DNA of 61,706 nt, filler included, from Basidiobolus ranarum (lineage: Eukaryota), in assembly GCA_040143965.1 (NCBI GenBank). It is 7 parts of 7 records of this genome, joined end to end, with 100 filler letters (N's around TTAATTAATTAA, not from the genome) between each part and the next. Parts side by side here need not be neighbours in the genome. Positions count along the whole stretch, not along the records: positions 1 to 8,740 come from JASJQH010007803.1; positions 8,841 to 17,578 come from JASJQH010007804.1; 5 more parts are not named here. One strand, written 5' to 3'. Numbering within the stretch: the first letter of the stretch is position 1; every line of letters begins with the position of its first letter. Shown piece after piece: positions 1 through 11,790 of the stretch. Made by a program: the position numbers and the translations under genes. The notes below the pieces were generated by a model. That model did no database searches. It was given only the letters and a program-made list of their open reading frames with translations, and had not been told where the DNA came from.

Positions 1-1850
1 CTATCAACGCTTCAGTAGGAGATGTTGATCCAAGGACCATGTTATATACGAGATGGTTTTGACAGGACATATCAGTATTATGAGTGACTAATAACTTGGT
101 TGCATGTTTGACGGTAACAGCCAGATTCTTGGCTCTTATATGTTTTGCCAAAGCTATTGAGGCCTTGATATGGCAAGTAGCAGATGTGCAATGGGAATAT
201 GATTAGCCTAGATGTCAGAAATATAATCTTGAGTAATTTACTAAACGTGCTTTTTGATTCTCAATTAATCCCGAGATACGCCATATTTACTACATCGTGT
301 ATAGGCCCTAGATTTCCAGTGAAAAACTTTTTGGAGCAGACAAGACCAAAAATGTATATCTCCATGTCGGAATAGAAAAATGAGGGTGGGGTCACTACAA
401 AATCGATATATTCTCCTCTGGAATTGACCTAGAACTAACTCGAGCTTCAAAAACTTCGGCGAATAGTGCACAATTACCCATATATCCTTACCCATGCATC
501 CAGTAGGAGTTGGATAACAACCATACAAACCACAGCTGTACAATGAATGACGAGGTATGGACATGGATACGGATACGAACACGAACACGAATATGGCTGT
601 AACTGTGTACAAGTGCCGGTGCGGGTGCATATTATGCAAATTTCCTTGCCATAATGACAATAATAATCAAGTATACCTGGTTTATCCGATATCGGGTTTG
701 GGCTACAGAAATAGACTCAATGTAATCAATAGAACTCTATTAGATCGAATAAAAGCTCCGAAACTTAGGCAACATTTTAGTGCAGTATTTCGATTGAGGC
801 GCCGCGATAACTAGGTTGTGGAGGAGTTGCCATGTTAATTTTTAGTAAGTAGCTTGATTTTCCGAGATTCTAGCACTAGTCTATATGAATTTAGATTATG
901 ACTCTCACGTCTCTGGGAGACTAGATTGGCCAACGATCTAGACTTACAAATGAAAAGCCGCTAAGACACATGACCCGTATGCGGTGTATAGAGTTCAAAA
1001 AAAGGTTCAAATGCCATTTGATACATACCTGATGTGTGCTTACTATCGCTCGATGAATTGGGCATTAAGGTGCCATCAAATGCAATAAGATTCAAATCTA
1101 GTCAACCTTCGTTTGCTGGACATCATACCATTTGCTCGGCCTATTTCTTAGCTACAATATTCCGCTTTACGCTTTAGGTTCTCTTAATCTGGGGGGCTCT
1201 AAATTTCTTTCGATCACAACAGTTAAGAGCACTAAATACAGCGTCCAGAACGAAGGCTAATTTTTTAGTCGAAAGTTGGAAATGGCTTGAACCCATCCGG
1301 GTCATATATAACTAACTATAGAATGACCAACAATAGTACGGTAGTTTACATTTAACAACTTCCGTGATTTTATTGATTCGCAAACATTATCAGTCACGTG
1401 GATTCCTGGTTCAAAATAATCATTGAAATGTGTATGTTGTTTATCTTAGTATCGAGCTGACGCAGCATAAAATCACTAAACTAACAAATACTGAAATAAT
1501 AATAATAAGCATAATAATGTTGAGTTCGAAATTTAACTGATAAATATCAACAAATCATTCGGTTTGTTGATCAAAGTTTCGCGAATAGTGCATTCATTCA
1601 CATATAATATATATACAACTTTTTTATTCGTTCCGAGGTAGGTCTGTTTCGCCATAAACGCGACACGCGCACAACACCACAACATCTTTTTCTTTACCAT
1701 AACTGTGTTTACTTTTTCACTTGCACCTTTTTTACCAGCAAGTATTATCAGTAATAGTATTCTCTATACATTACTTGCAAAGATTCTATCTTAAAATAGC
1801 GATATATTTCAAACCAAACCTACTTAAATTGTAATTTTCTTCTATCGAAG

Positions 1851-4800
1851 ATGGTTACCGTTGAAATTCCTCTCGTTAGTATACTTTTTGATTTATTTCT
1901 CTACAAAGCTATTCAATAATTATTGTATATTTATAATAATCACCTTTTGGATATAGCGCCCTTTGCCCGAAGTAGACATTGTCAATGGTGATGGTGAAGT
2001 CGTCTCCTCTAGTGTTAGAAGATCTACACGATCAAGAACCTTAAGAAAGCCCCAAACAACACGTATGTTTACAGTGTATACTTCCTATTTGAATCACATT
2101 AACTTACAGAGAAAATTGTCAACAGAAGAACTTGATTCTTCCGATGAATCTGCTTTTTCGGAACCTGAGTATGTTGCTCGGACCCCAAAACGTAAAGGTC
2201 GTTCAATTGGTTCTACTGGAGCTACCACGCCAAAAGCACCCAGTTCTACCCCCAGACGTGGCAGAAAACCTAAAAATCCGGGAAATGTTGCCGAGTCCAG
2301 ACGACGACCTAAGGCTACACATCGCTATAGAGAACAGTCTTCCACTGGAAGTGTTGACTCCACTCTTTATGGTAATTTAATATATATCTTCACAATTCTA
2401 TTGTTTATCTTGTTAATTGGAATTCGTCTACAGATGCTGTCTTAGTCCATGGTAGTGCGTTGACTACCACCGTATCCGATTGGATCGATTCGTATCAAAC
2501 TGACAACCTGGAAGCTTTGGTTCAACTAATTAACTTTTTAATTAAAGTAAGCGGTGTTTACTTTCAGATTATTGAATTTCAGTATTAGCTAACGCAACAT
2601 AGGCATGCGGATGTCCTGGCGCTATCACCCGGGAAGCCATTGAAAATAACGATGAAATAGTGGAATTGCTTCATGATTTACAAAATGATTTTGACCCGGT
2701 AAGGTTATTTCAATATTTACTGCAATAATATGATAGATTCTAAATCTCTATTATTGTCAATTTAGAACGCGAATACTGAGTATCCGCTCGTATCCAAAAA
2801 CAAACAATTCAAGAAATTTCGTAAAAACTTGATAGAGTTTTTCGATCGCCTTGTTCAACAAGGAAAACATTCTATATTGTACGACGGAATGTTTATGGAA
2901 ACATTAGAATCTTGGGTTATAGCTATGTCCAGGTACTAGAATCTCCAGACTGTTCTATTTTAATTACAATCCCGTTAATCATAATTTCCATTACAGCTCA
3001 TTGTTTCGCCCTTTTCGTCATACAGCCGCTATCATTGCCCTAAACCTAGTCACTTCTTTATGTAATGTTTGTCAAAATATCCAGGACGAGTTAAATGTTG
3101 CCAATAGACAACTTGCTACTGAACAGAAGAAAAGAAGAACAAAGAACGACCGTGAATCACAACTTGCCACTAAAACTGACGAGCTCCACAATAAGAAGAT
3201 AACGTTAGAGTCTTATCTGACTGATTTCTTTGATGGGTATGTCGATAAAATTATATATTTTTAAATCAACTTTGCTGACGCCATTTTCTTTGCAGAGTGT
3301 TTGTACATAGATATCGTGATGTTGATCCTATACTTCGTACTGAATGCGTTAAAGAACTCGGTAATTGGATTTCGAAATACCCTGATCATTTCATGGATGG
3401 AACATACCTTAGATATATTGGTTGGGTCCTTTCAGATAAGGTAATTTAAATATGTCAAAATGATCGTAAGGTATCATGCTAATACTCGCGTTGATAGTCT
3501 GCTAGCACTCGCCTCGAAGCCGTCAAAGCCATGACAAAGTTATATGGATTTGAGAATTTGATAGGAGGTCTTCGAAATTTTACCGAACGCTTCAAACCTA
3601 GAATTTTGGAAATGTCATTAAAGGAAGCAGATGCTTCTGTCAGAACTGCCACTATTGCTCTCATTACTCATATATCTAAACATGGTATGCTTGAGGATGA
3701 GGATCGCGATGCCTTATTCCCTCTTATATTTCAGAGTGAGTCGAAAGTACGACGTGCAATAGCTCCCTTTATAAACCAGTCGCTCTATGATGATATCATC
3801 AATGATGCCATAGCCGAATCTCAATCCTCGTTTAGCTCTGAATCGGAGGTCCGAGAATCACAGCAAAATTGGGTTGCGCTAAAAACGATTGCTAATTTCC
3901 TAGCTAAATTCAAGGATGTCATTTCATCAGAGGGGGAAAGTGTTGATCCCGCTGAAGAGGATGGCAATCCTGATAGAGTGATTGTGGATGGCAAAGCTCT
4001 AGAGCATCAGAGCAGAGTCTATGCTGCTGTCGAAGCACTGTGGGATGAGATGGAGATTCTAAAGAATTGGCAGTGTATGGCAGAATATCTGTCTCAAGAT
4101 CACTCTTCTTCAAACGCAACTAGCAAATCCTCCCTTGATCCTATCTTTAGATTATCGGAGGAAGAAGAAACTATTCTCCTTGAAGTTTTCGTTGAATCCG
4201 TAAAGTTATCGATTACTGGAAAAACTAAACTTGGTCGATTTGGCAGAGAAATTAAGAAAATCGAGATTGACAACGATGCTCGTGACGCTATATCTCGACA
4301 TTTAGTCAGCGCTCTTCCTACACTATTTGCCAAATTTTCGCCAGATGCTAATCGAGCAGCCCAAGTTGTGATGTTGCCCCAACTGATGAATTTAGATATA
4401 TATAACGAACTCCGTATGAACAAAGCTTATGAAGCGCTAATCGATGAATTATCAAAGATCTTTCTTAAGCATACAGATTCTACCGTACTATTCCGGACAT
4501 CTGAGACTTTTAAGCATTTGAGTAGTTTCGAAGGTTATTCATCTGAACAAGTTCTTAAACTTAGAGAAATGGAAGAATCTGTAATTTCGCTTGTTCGAGA
4601 AGAATGCAATCGCTCTGATATATCTACTACTGAGTTGTCAGATGATGAACAGCACATCCTCTCTGCCTCTTTACGCCGTTTAGAGCAACTTATTCGTTTT
4701 ATGGACCTTTCGGAATTGCTTCAAGAGGCGGATGGGGAGAGTCCAATCTACGAACTACTAGGCAAAGTTATCGATCGTAGTAGTATTTTAAGCGAAGCGG

Positions 4801-6314
4801 AAGATCCAGTAAGTGAATTTAAGGTTCCTACGAGACACTTGACTCTACCAAGTATTTAACCTTTTTTGAATATAGATCATTAATACATGTCTGGAAATTC
4901 TTTATCGATTTATTCTTTGGAAATGTTTTTCCGTTTCTAAAGAAAAAAATGCCAGCGAGCAAGTTATCGATGACTTGATTAAAAAGAGAGATTGGGTTGT
5001 CAGTAGGTGTACAAAGTTGATATTAGGCGATCGCAATGCGAACAGAAGTGTTAGACGAATGGTAATTTATTCTCATGTTTTGTATATATACATTTTTTAT
5101 TTACACCATTTTTTTTGTAGGCATTTCTTACTCTTGCCAATCTTCTATGGCTTTTCACTGGGGATCTCACTCATTCCTCCAATGGCGAACACTTTTCGAA
5201 ACTGGCCTTTAGATGCCCTGACCATATTCAAGAACAGCTTACTCGTTTTGTAGAAATTGAAATAGAAAATTGGGAGGACAAGATTTCCCATGAGGAGAGT
5301 AATGAAGATGCTAATGAGGAATCCGAAAATGAGGATGAGGACGTCGACCATAATTCAAAAAGATCTAAATTTGGAGATTCAGATCCTGTTGGAAAGCATT
5401 GCTTTATGGAAGTTATAGGCAACTTCGTTCGAATGCTTATGCTTAATATTTTTGACATCAAACATGCAAGCATTATTCTGCCACATTACAATCGATTTGG
5501 ACCAGTTTACGATGAGGTAATCAAGTCACTAATTGAGGATACCATGCGCGCCCTTCTTGTTCGCACAAGCATGACAAGTACTGTTTTAGGATTGTATCTG
5601 GAATCATTACAGAAGTCATTTGAAATCCAGCTTCGAACAAACTCGGCTAAATTCCCGCGTACCATGTCGTTAGCTCGTCTTTTTAGCAACACCACAAAGA
5701 TCGGAGGATTCTACATTCGCGATATGCTCGAATTTCACAAAAACAGCGTTGTATACATATTCTCGAAAATGGCTGGTTATCAACGAATTGGAAACCAATC
5801 AAATAGAAACGCAATGCTACAATTCTTTAAAGTGATGAAGTACTTCTCCGATGGGTTAAGAGCCAAGGATGTTAGTATGCTACTGAAACACTTGGAAGAT
5901 ACGATGGAGGAAAATTTCTTGGCTGTTCGAGAGGGTGCCAAGGAATGGGAGCCTTATTTTGCATATGTCAAACAGCTTGATAAAAAATCCATTGTCAATC
6001 AATTCGAGGCCGTTGTTGTTGAAAAAGCTCATATATCAGCACCAACTGCCGAGGACGAAGACGAAAGCAATCAAGAAAATCCCGGTGACGTAATGAGCGT
6101 GGATCAAGAAGCAGATACCGCATCGCCAGCAGATGAATCACCAACTCTAGAATTATCCGATAAAGAGCTTACACCAAGTGATGAGATTGAAGATGACAAC
6201 GAAGCATCTGGCGAGAACTCGGGTGTGACGGAATCTCGTGGAGTAAAGCGCACCTTGGATGATGATGAAGAAGAAGATGAAAGTGATGACGCGAAAAGAC
6301 TTCGACTTGAGTAA
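1851..6314 (+). CDS. SCC3: Cohesin subunit SCC3/Psc3/STAG, multi-exon
   Basis: Spliced exons give STAG-domain motifs: RPFRHTAAIIAL, VFVHRYRDVDPILRTECVKELGNWISKYPDHFMDGTYLRYIGWVLSDK and FTERFKPRILEM. There is a basic N-terminal tail and an acidic C-terminal tail. ATG at 1851, TAA at 6312-6314, about 10 GT-AG introns. Confidence 0.93.
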
Positions 6315-6641
6315 ATTTTTGTCATATTATAGCTATAAATTATGACCATACTTCGATGTGTTTTATTTTATTTCTCTCAAATCAGTGTAGATAAATTAAT
6401 ACGTGCTTGTCGCAAAAAGAATAAAATTATTGCAATACCATTAAAATGGATGAATTCCCAGCCTAAAATACGCTTTTACATCAATCACTCACCAGGGATC
6501 TTTTTAGCATCAATCAAACATGTGTGAGTATCAACAAATACCAATGAAATGTAAAGGAATCACGACCATCTGCTTAGAGGTGTATATATACGTATCCAGC
6601 CGTGCTATGGCAAAAATAAAGTGGATCTTCTCGAGACTAGG

Positions 6642-7082
6642 ATGCCACGTCGAGGTAGTACACGTAAAGATAGCACCAACCCTCGGAATGTATCCAACCG
6701 TGGCAAAGAGCCAGAGGAGGAATCTTACGTAGAGGACCAATGCCTTGAAAATAGTCAAACCATGAAAACAAGGTTGATATTTCCAGTTGACGAAGTAATC
6801 AGAAAGATGAAGATCTTTAGCGGTATGGAGGTAACTTTGGATGCAGGGATATATTTGACTTCTATGATTCAACACGTGATAGAAGATATATTAGATGAAG
6901 CGGTTTACAAAGTGCAAGATGCTAAAACTGGTCGTATCGTACCGAAAGATATCAATGAAATAATCAAGCATGACACCGAATGGTCCAAATTATTTAAGAA
7001 TGTCGTTATCGCTCAAGGAGGCATATGTAGTCGTGACAAGCTACCAATTCAAAATCTAAATGATAGTCCAGAGCACTACTGA
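6642..7082 (+). CDS. Divergent histone H2A-like protein
   Basis: RLIFPVDEVIR...GIYLTSMIQHVIEDILDEA...KTGRIVPKDINEIIKHDTEWSKLFKNVVIAQGG aligns to canonical H2A (GLQFPVGRVHR...VYLAAVLEYLTAEILELA...[30 protein letters not shown]). First in-frame ATG at 6642. Confidence 0.8.
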   Translation: MPRRGSTRKDSTNPRNVSNRGKEPEEESYVEDQCLENSQTMKTRLIFPVDEVIRKMKIFSGMEVTLDAGIYLTSMIQHVIEDILDEAVYKVQDAKTGRIVPKDINEIIKHDTEWSKLFKNVVIAQGGICSRDKLPIQNLNDSPEHY

Positions 7083-7681
7083 ACCATCCAAGCTCAAGAT
7101 CTGTTGTGAGTAGGCTCATTACACAGTATTCGAAGGTATCGAAATCTCGCATGGCATGTATAACGACAGGTATGCACATTAAGGAAATACAATATGGATA
7201 GATGGAACTTCTTTTGTTGGTATTGAATTCAGAAATCAGAAATGTTCAATAAATTTATTTGATGAGACTGAAGTATTAATTATATATATTTGCATAGCCA
7301 ACAGTTTATCCGTGTAATATCAAAATAATGGTATAACACTATGCGAGTTTCCCACTTGTAATCGATGGTACATTTAATTCGCACCTTTAATTCGCACTGA
7401 TATCCTAATGAACTCTCCACCCCTTGTCATGCCTCCTAAAACGTACATGTGCCTTTACACACAGTCCAATCAAAATTAAAACTCCACCTATACTTAATTA
7501 GTACTGAAATAACAATGTGAATTTCCATATAGAAGGGTAAGTGGGCTGAAGGTGTCCGCGTATTTGTACTTCACCAAACGCTCATTTTTCAAAAATTTCT
7601 CTTAGAAAGGTCTTTACACTAACGCATACTAGTCATCCGCTTGCTGTAAGCTGCTATTCTTCGCCACTTTCCAGCATAACT

Positions 7682-8140
7682 ATGGGGACTTCAAAACCAC
7701 GGTCTTTATATGTTGGACTTCTTCTTGTGTTTACCGGGTTCAACTTGTACCTATTCAGCCCATACCTTCAAGGTGATTGCACTTCCGAGTGCGAATCTTG
7801 CTACCGTTCGAAAGCAAGTGCAGTTTACTCCACCTCTTATGTCCTCGGTATCCAGGATAACCTCTGTGGACCAGACTTTCTAACGAAATGTGAAGCTAGT
7901 TGCAAGCTTACGCTGATAGTACTATTAAAATTTCTCAGTATACTTGTGATTCTGAGTGGAATCGCGACGAGCTTAAAGGAACAATTTAAGAATTGCTGGG
8001 ACAACCCAGCTTGGGATGCTCCGATACATATTGAGTTAGGTGAAAGCAAGTATTCTGGAAATTCTTTACACAACTCCACTTCTCTAATTAGCTCACAAAA
8101 TATTAGTTATTCACAATTATCCCAATCCGAGGAATATTAA
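7682..8140 (+). CDS. Small hypothetical membrane protein (two hydrophobic segments around a Cys-rich loop)
   Basis: 152-aa ATG-initiated ORF. Two hydrophobic stretches flank a loop with six Cys. No family recognised. Confidence 0.5.
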   Translation: MGTSKPRSLYVGLLLVFTGFNLYLFSPYLQGDCTSECESCYRSKASAVYSTSYVLGIQDNLCGPDFLTKCEASCKLTLIVLLKFLSILVILSGIATSLKEQFKNCWDNPAWDAPIHIELGESKYSGNSLHNSTSLISSQNISYSQLSQSEEY

Positions 8141-8505
8141 TATCCCATTGTACTTTTAATCACGCTTATCCGGAAGGGTGCCATCACTCTGACATGTATA
8201 AACTCATCACCCAGGGTAGAAATAAAGATTTATTCGAGTCAGGTGCCAAGAGAGATAATATCCAAATCTATATGTTGAGGTGTGTGCATCAGCATCAACA
8301 CGGGATCCATTTCAATCAATGTAACCATTGCAACCCCAACGTAGGAAAGAGAAAAAATTCAGGTGTTCCTGTCGCTCAGATAACCAATCAAATATCGTTG
8401 GATAATGAGTGAAGAAAAATCCTTTGAAACATGAAGAAACACTGGTTGTGAGATCAAGGAATCTTTAATACAGTTGTAAATTAATTAAATGTGATTGAAA
8501 CAAAT

Positions 8506-8739
8506 TTAGTTTTCTTCCTTTTTGTCCTCCTCGGTTTCCATATCATCTTCCTTATTTTCAGCTGTTTCAGAATCTTGAATGTCGGAGGTCCAGAGAGTAA
8601 GGTTGTCTCTCAACAATTGCATGATCAGTGTGCGGTCCTCGTAGGACTCTCCACACAAAGTGTCGAGGTCACCAATCCCATCGTCGAACGCTTGCTTAGC
8701 AAGATGACAGCCACGGGCAGGAGAGTTAAGAATCTCATA
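8506..8739 (-). CDS. 14-3-3 protein, 3' fragment (truncated by contig end)
   Basis: Reverse translation [53 protein letters not shown]...KKEEN* contains the 14-3-3 signature [14 protein letters not shown]. Not in the ORF track. Confidence 0.9.
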   Translation of the reverse strand, partial: YEILNSPARGCHLAKQAFDDGIGDLDTLCGESYEDRTLIMQLLRDNLTLWTSDIQDSETAENKEDDMETEEDKKEEN

Positions 8740-8740
8740 A

Positions 8741-8840
8741 NNNNNNNNNNNNNNNNNNNNNNNNNNNNNNNNNNNNNNNNNNNNTTAATTAATTAANNNN
8801 NNNNNNNNNNNNNNNNNNNNNNNNNNNNNNNNNNNNNNNN
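8741..8840. other. Artificial contig spacer
   Basis: N-run + TTAATTAATTAA (six-frame stop linker) + N-run, 100 bp. Identical spacers occur at 17579-17678, 26414-26513, 35245-35344, 44070-44169 and 52891-52990. Confidence 0.98.
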
Positions 8841-9180
8841 AAACCTTGGGTATCAAGAACTCTATAAAAATATTCAGGAGATTGTATCAAAGAGACTAGG
8901 GATTTCAAAGGTGACAGATTAGCATTCAAGTGGTAATTGTGTAAAATTTGAGTTATGTTTTTTGCACATTTGTTGATCCATAGTTCTCTGAGATTGTAGC
9001 CAATCATACACAACTTTTTAGCACAATCTTGAAATTTCACTCCTGAAACTGAAGAAATTGATTAAAATCAAATCTAACTTGACAATTTTATGATGGTAAG
9101 TAAATGGGTAACCCCAAATGGATTAGAATTGTGATGGTTTTCCCACAATAATAATCCTCAAATTTCTGTTAGGGGGATGT

Positions 9181-10762
9181 TAAAGCTGCTTTTCAAACAG
9201 TGAGCTTGCTGAGGAGATTTATATGGAGCAGCCCAATGTAGTTGTAGACCCAATAAACCCTACAAAAGTCTGCAGACCCCAGGAAATACTCTACAGCTTA
9301 AAACAATCTCCAAGTGCTTTGAATAGCAAGATAGATGCTTATTTGCAAATACTCAAACTCCAAAAGAGTAATGCTAACTATAGTATCTACTCCAAGCTAG
9401 ATAAGACAAACCCAGTTTTATTAGCCTTATATGTAGCAGACCTTATCATAGCAACCAATGACTTGAAGACTTTAGAGTAAACCAAATCTAGCTACTCTGC
9501 TGAGTTAAAAATGACCAATCTTGGTGTACTATCATACTATGTTGGAATTCAAATTAAGATAGATAGAACTACCCAAAAAAAATCTAAGCTAGTTAAGTTT
9601 ATCCTAGATATACTCAAGAAGTTAAAAATAAGAAGAATATAATCAAGTATCTACCCTTACTGAGACAAATTTAAAGTTGACCGAAAATTGCTCAAATCAG
9701 ATGTTTTTAGACTGAAATGAAGGCAAAAAACCTGCTTATCCATCTCAGATGGTAATTTTATGCATATCATGGCTGGAATATTGCCAGATATTGCATATTC
9801 TGTGAGGGGTATATGCCAATATCTTCAAAATTATGGATCTGATCAAATGATGGCAATTATGCAGATTTTCAGATATTTGAAAGATACTGTGGATCTGTAC
9901 TTAAAATATACATATTTTGGATCAAGCTTTGATCTGATGGGATATTCAGATGAGAATTGGGGAAGAGATACTGAATACAGGAGATCTACAACAGGATACT
10001 TATTTCTTTGTTGTAATGGAGCTATTTCTTGGAATTCAATCAAACACCCTACCCTAGCACTCTCAACAACAGAAGCAGAATACATAGCTGGATGTGAAGC
10101 AACAAAAGAAACAATAAGATTAAGAAAGCTCTTAACTGATCTAGGTTATTCTCAAGATTTGCCAACTACAATACTTCAAGATAATCCAAGTTCAATTAAA
10201 TTGGCTAAAAATTGAACATTCCATAATAGAAGCAAACAAATAAATATTTGACATCACTACATCAGAGAGATTATAGAGCATAAGTTTATTGATTCAACTT
10301 ATTGTTCTAAAGATGACATGCTTGCTGATTTATTAATCAACCATTAGCTAGACAGATATTTGAGAAATTTAGACCTTTATTATGATACATTTATATGACT
10401 ATTTAGTTGAGAAAGAGTGTTGAAATTAACAGTGCCTGAGCACCTATATATTCATATATAGTTTAGTAATTGGTTATCCTCTATTTCACTACCATACCAT
10501 CCCTTATTCTCAATTGGAATTTACTCAGAAAATTCTTACCAACTCAGAAGTTCTCAGATACAGATTTTTCAAACTTGTGCTAGAAGCCCCAAACTTTGCA
10601 CACATGTTCCTGGGGCCTCCTTAACACATTCTACATGTGAGTTTGTCTACAACTTGACAAAACTACACATGTCAACTTTATAAGCAATAAATCCATAAGT
10701 GAAGACCACTAATTTCTCTAATTCTCTAAACCACTTCCAACAGGCTCCCAAATGCTTCAATA
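9181..10762 (+). mobile_element. Degenerate Ty1/copia retrotransposon 3' half (RT-RNase H, PPT, 3' LTR)
   Basis: Copia motifs LYSLKQSP, LYVADL (degenerate YVDD), PDIAYSV, GYSDENWG..D...RRSTTGY, ALSTTEAEY and QDN..SIKLAKN, with many stops. Purine tract AGTTGAGAAAGAG (10405-10417) precedes an LTR starting TGTTGAAATT at 10418 and ending near 10762. Confidence 0.9.
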
Positions 10763-11627
10763 TATTGAATATCAAAGTTGGCTTTCCTGTCAGTTTATCT
10801 TTCTCTTGGTTTGGCATCTATTGCTGATTACTAGATTATACCCACTTGATTGAAGATAGAAATTTGATAGGTATATGAGTTTCAAATTTACTAGGTGTAA
10901 GCAAGGTTATGTGTGATATTTTAATGGTAAAGTTTGCATTTATTATGTCTCTTCATTAGCAATGTGAAGGTAAAACCCTGTGCAGCTTATGTTGCTGTTA
11001 TTACTATATAGCACTGTGTCAGCAAGTGTAAGCTCACCTTCCCTTTTCTAATGTGATTATTGTAGTGCATGTCTTTATTTTCTGGATTCTTAAATGGTAC
11101 CTTAAATATTAGCCTTTTTGCTCTTAGGCTGTACAGAATCCTACTCTTCTATATATCAGTATATCTATGATAATTCAGAAAACATGATAATTTTTACATT
11201 TATCCATATTTTTTGCACTTCTTCTCTTATATATAAGTGAGTATATAGTTGTATAATCTCTTATTCATCTTTAGTATTAATATGTTGTGCTCTCATGAAA
11301 GCTGAAGTATGCATATATAGAGTTAAAAATAAAACAGTAGCATTCTTGTTTCATTTTCACAAAGTCCATAGTTTACCAAATATCTACAAACCCTACTGCC
11401 CCATAATACTCAGTAGGTTCTTATCCTGTATCACTTTTTGAACCACTGAAATAATAATAAGTTTATTTTGACAATCCAGTAAGCCAATTGTGTCTTGTAA
11501 GAGGACAAATAAGAAAAATAAAAAGTATCAAAATGTTACCTATAGATTTCAATAGAAGAGGTATTGTCTTTTTCAGAAGTTTGAAGAAAATGAGTATTCC
11601 ATACAGCTATATTAAGGGTGTCAGATA

Positions 11628-11790
11628 TATTGGGAAAATATGGGCTGTTTGGAGGAACTTGAGAAAAGTGGAGCTGTGAATAGCTTTGTGAGATAATTGT
11701 TTATTGTCCAGAAATATAGCATTTATACATTTTGATGGAAATACAGAAAACTAATAATGGGGCTGTGTTCAGAACATCTGTGGGAGTAAA
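11628..11790. repeat. Dispersed repeat (family B)
   Basis: TATTGGGAAAATATGGGCTGTTTGGAGGAACTT... recurs at 35144-35244. A diverged inverted copy lies at about 14435-14580. Confidence 0.75.

Noticed and set aside
557-598. Degenerate hexamer repeat and the ORFs in 184-814
   Set aside because: Short low-complexity sequence with no recognisable protein. The IAFDGTLMP segment near 1075 (minus strand) is too short to assign.
8620-8739. About nine substitutions at normally invariant 14-3-3 positions, suggesting a novel isoform
   Set aside because: They are single-base changes clustered at the contig end, mostly toward the same base. Low-quality consensus is more likely; the reads need checking.
8785-8796. 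TTAATTAATTAA palindromes recurring at regular spacing
   Set aside because: This is an assembly linker, not biology and not a CRISPR-like repeat.
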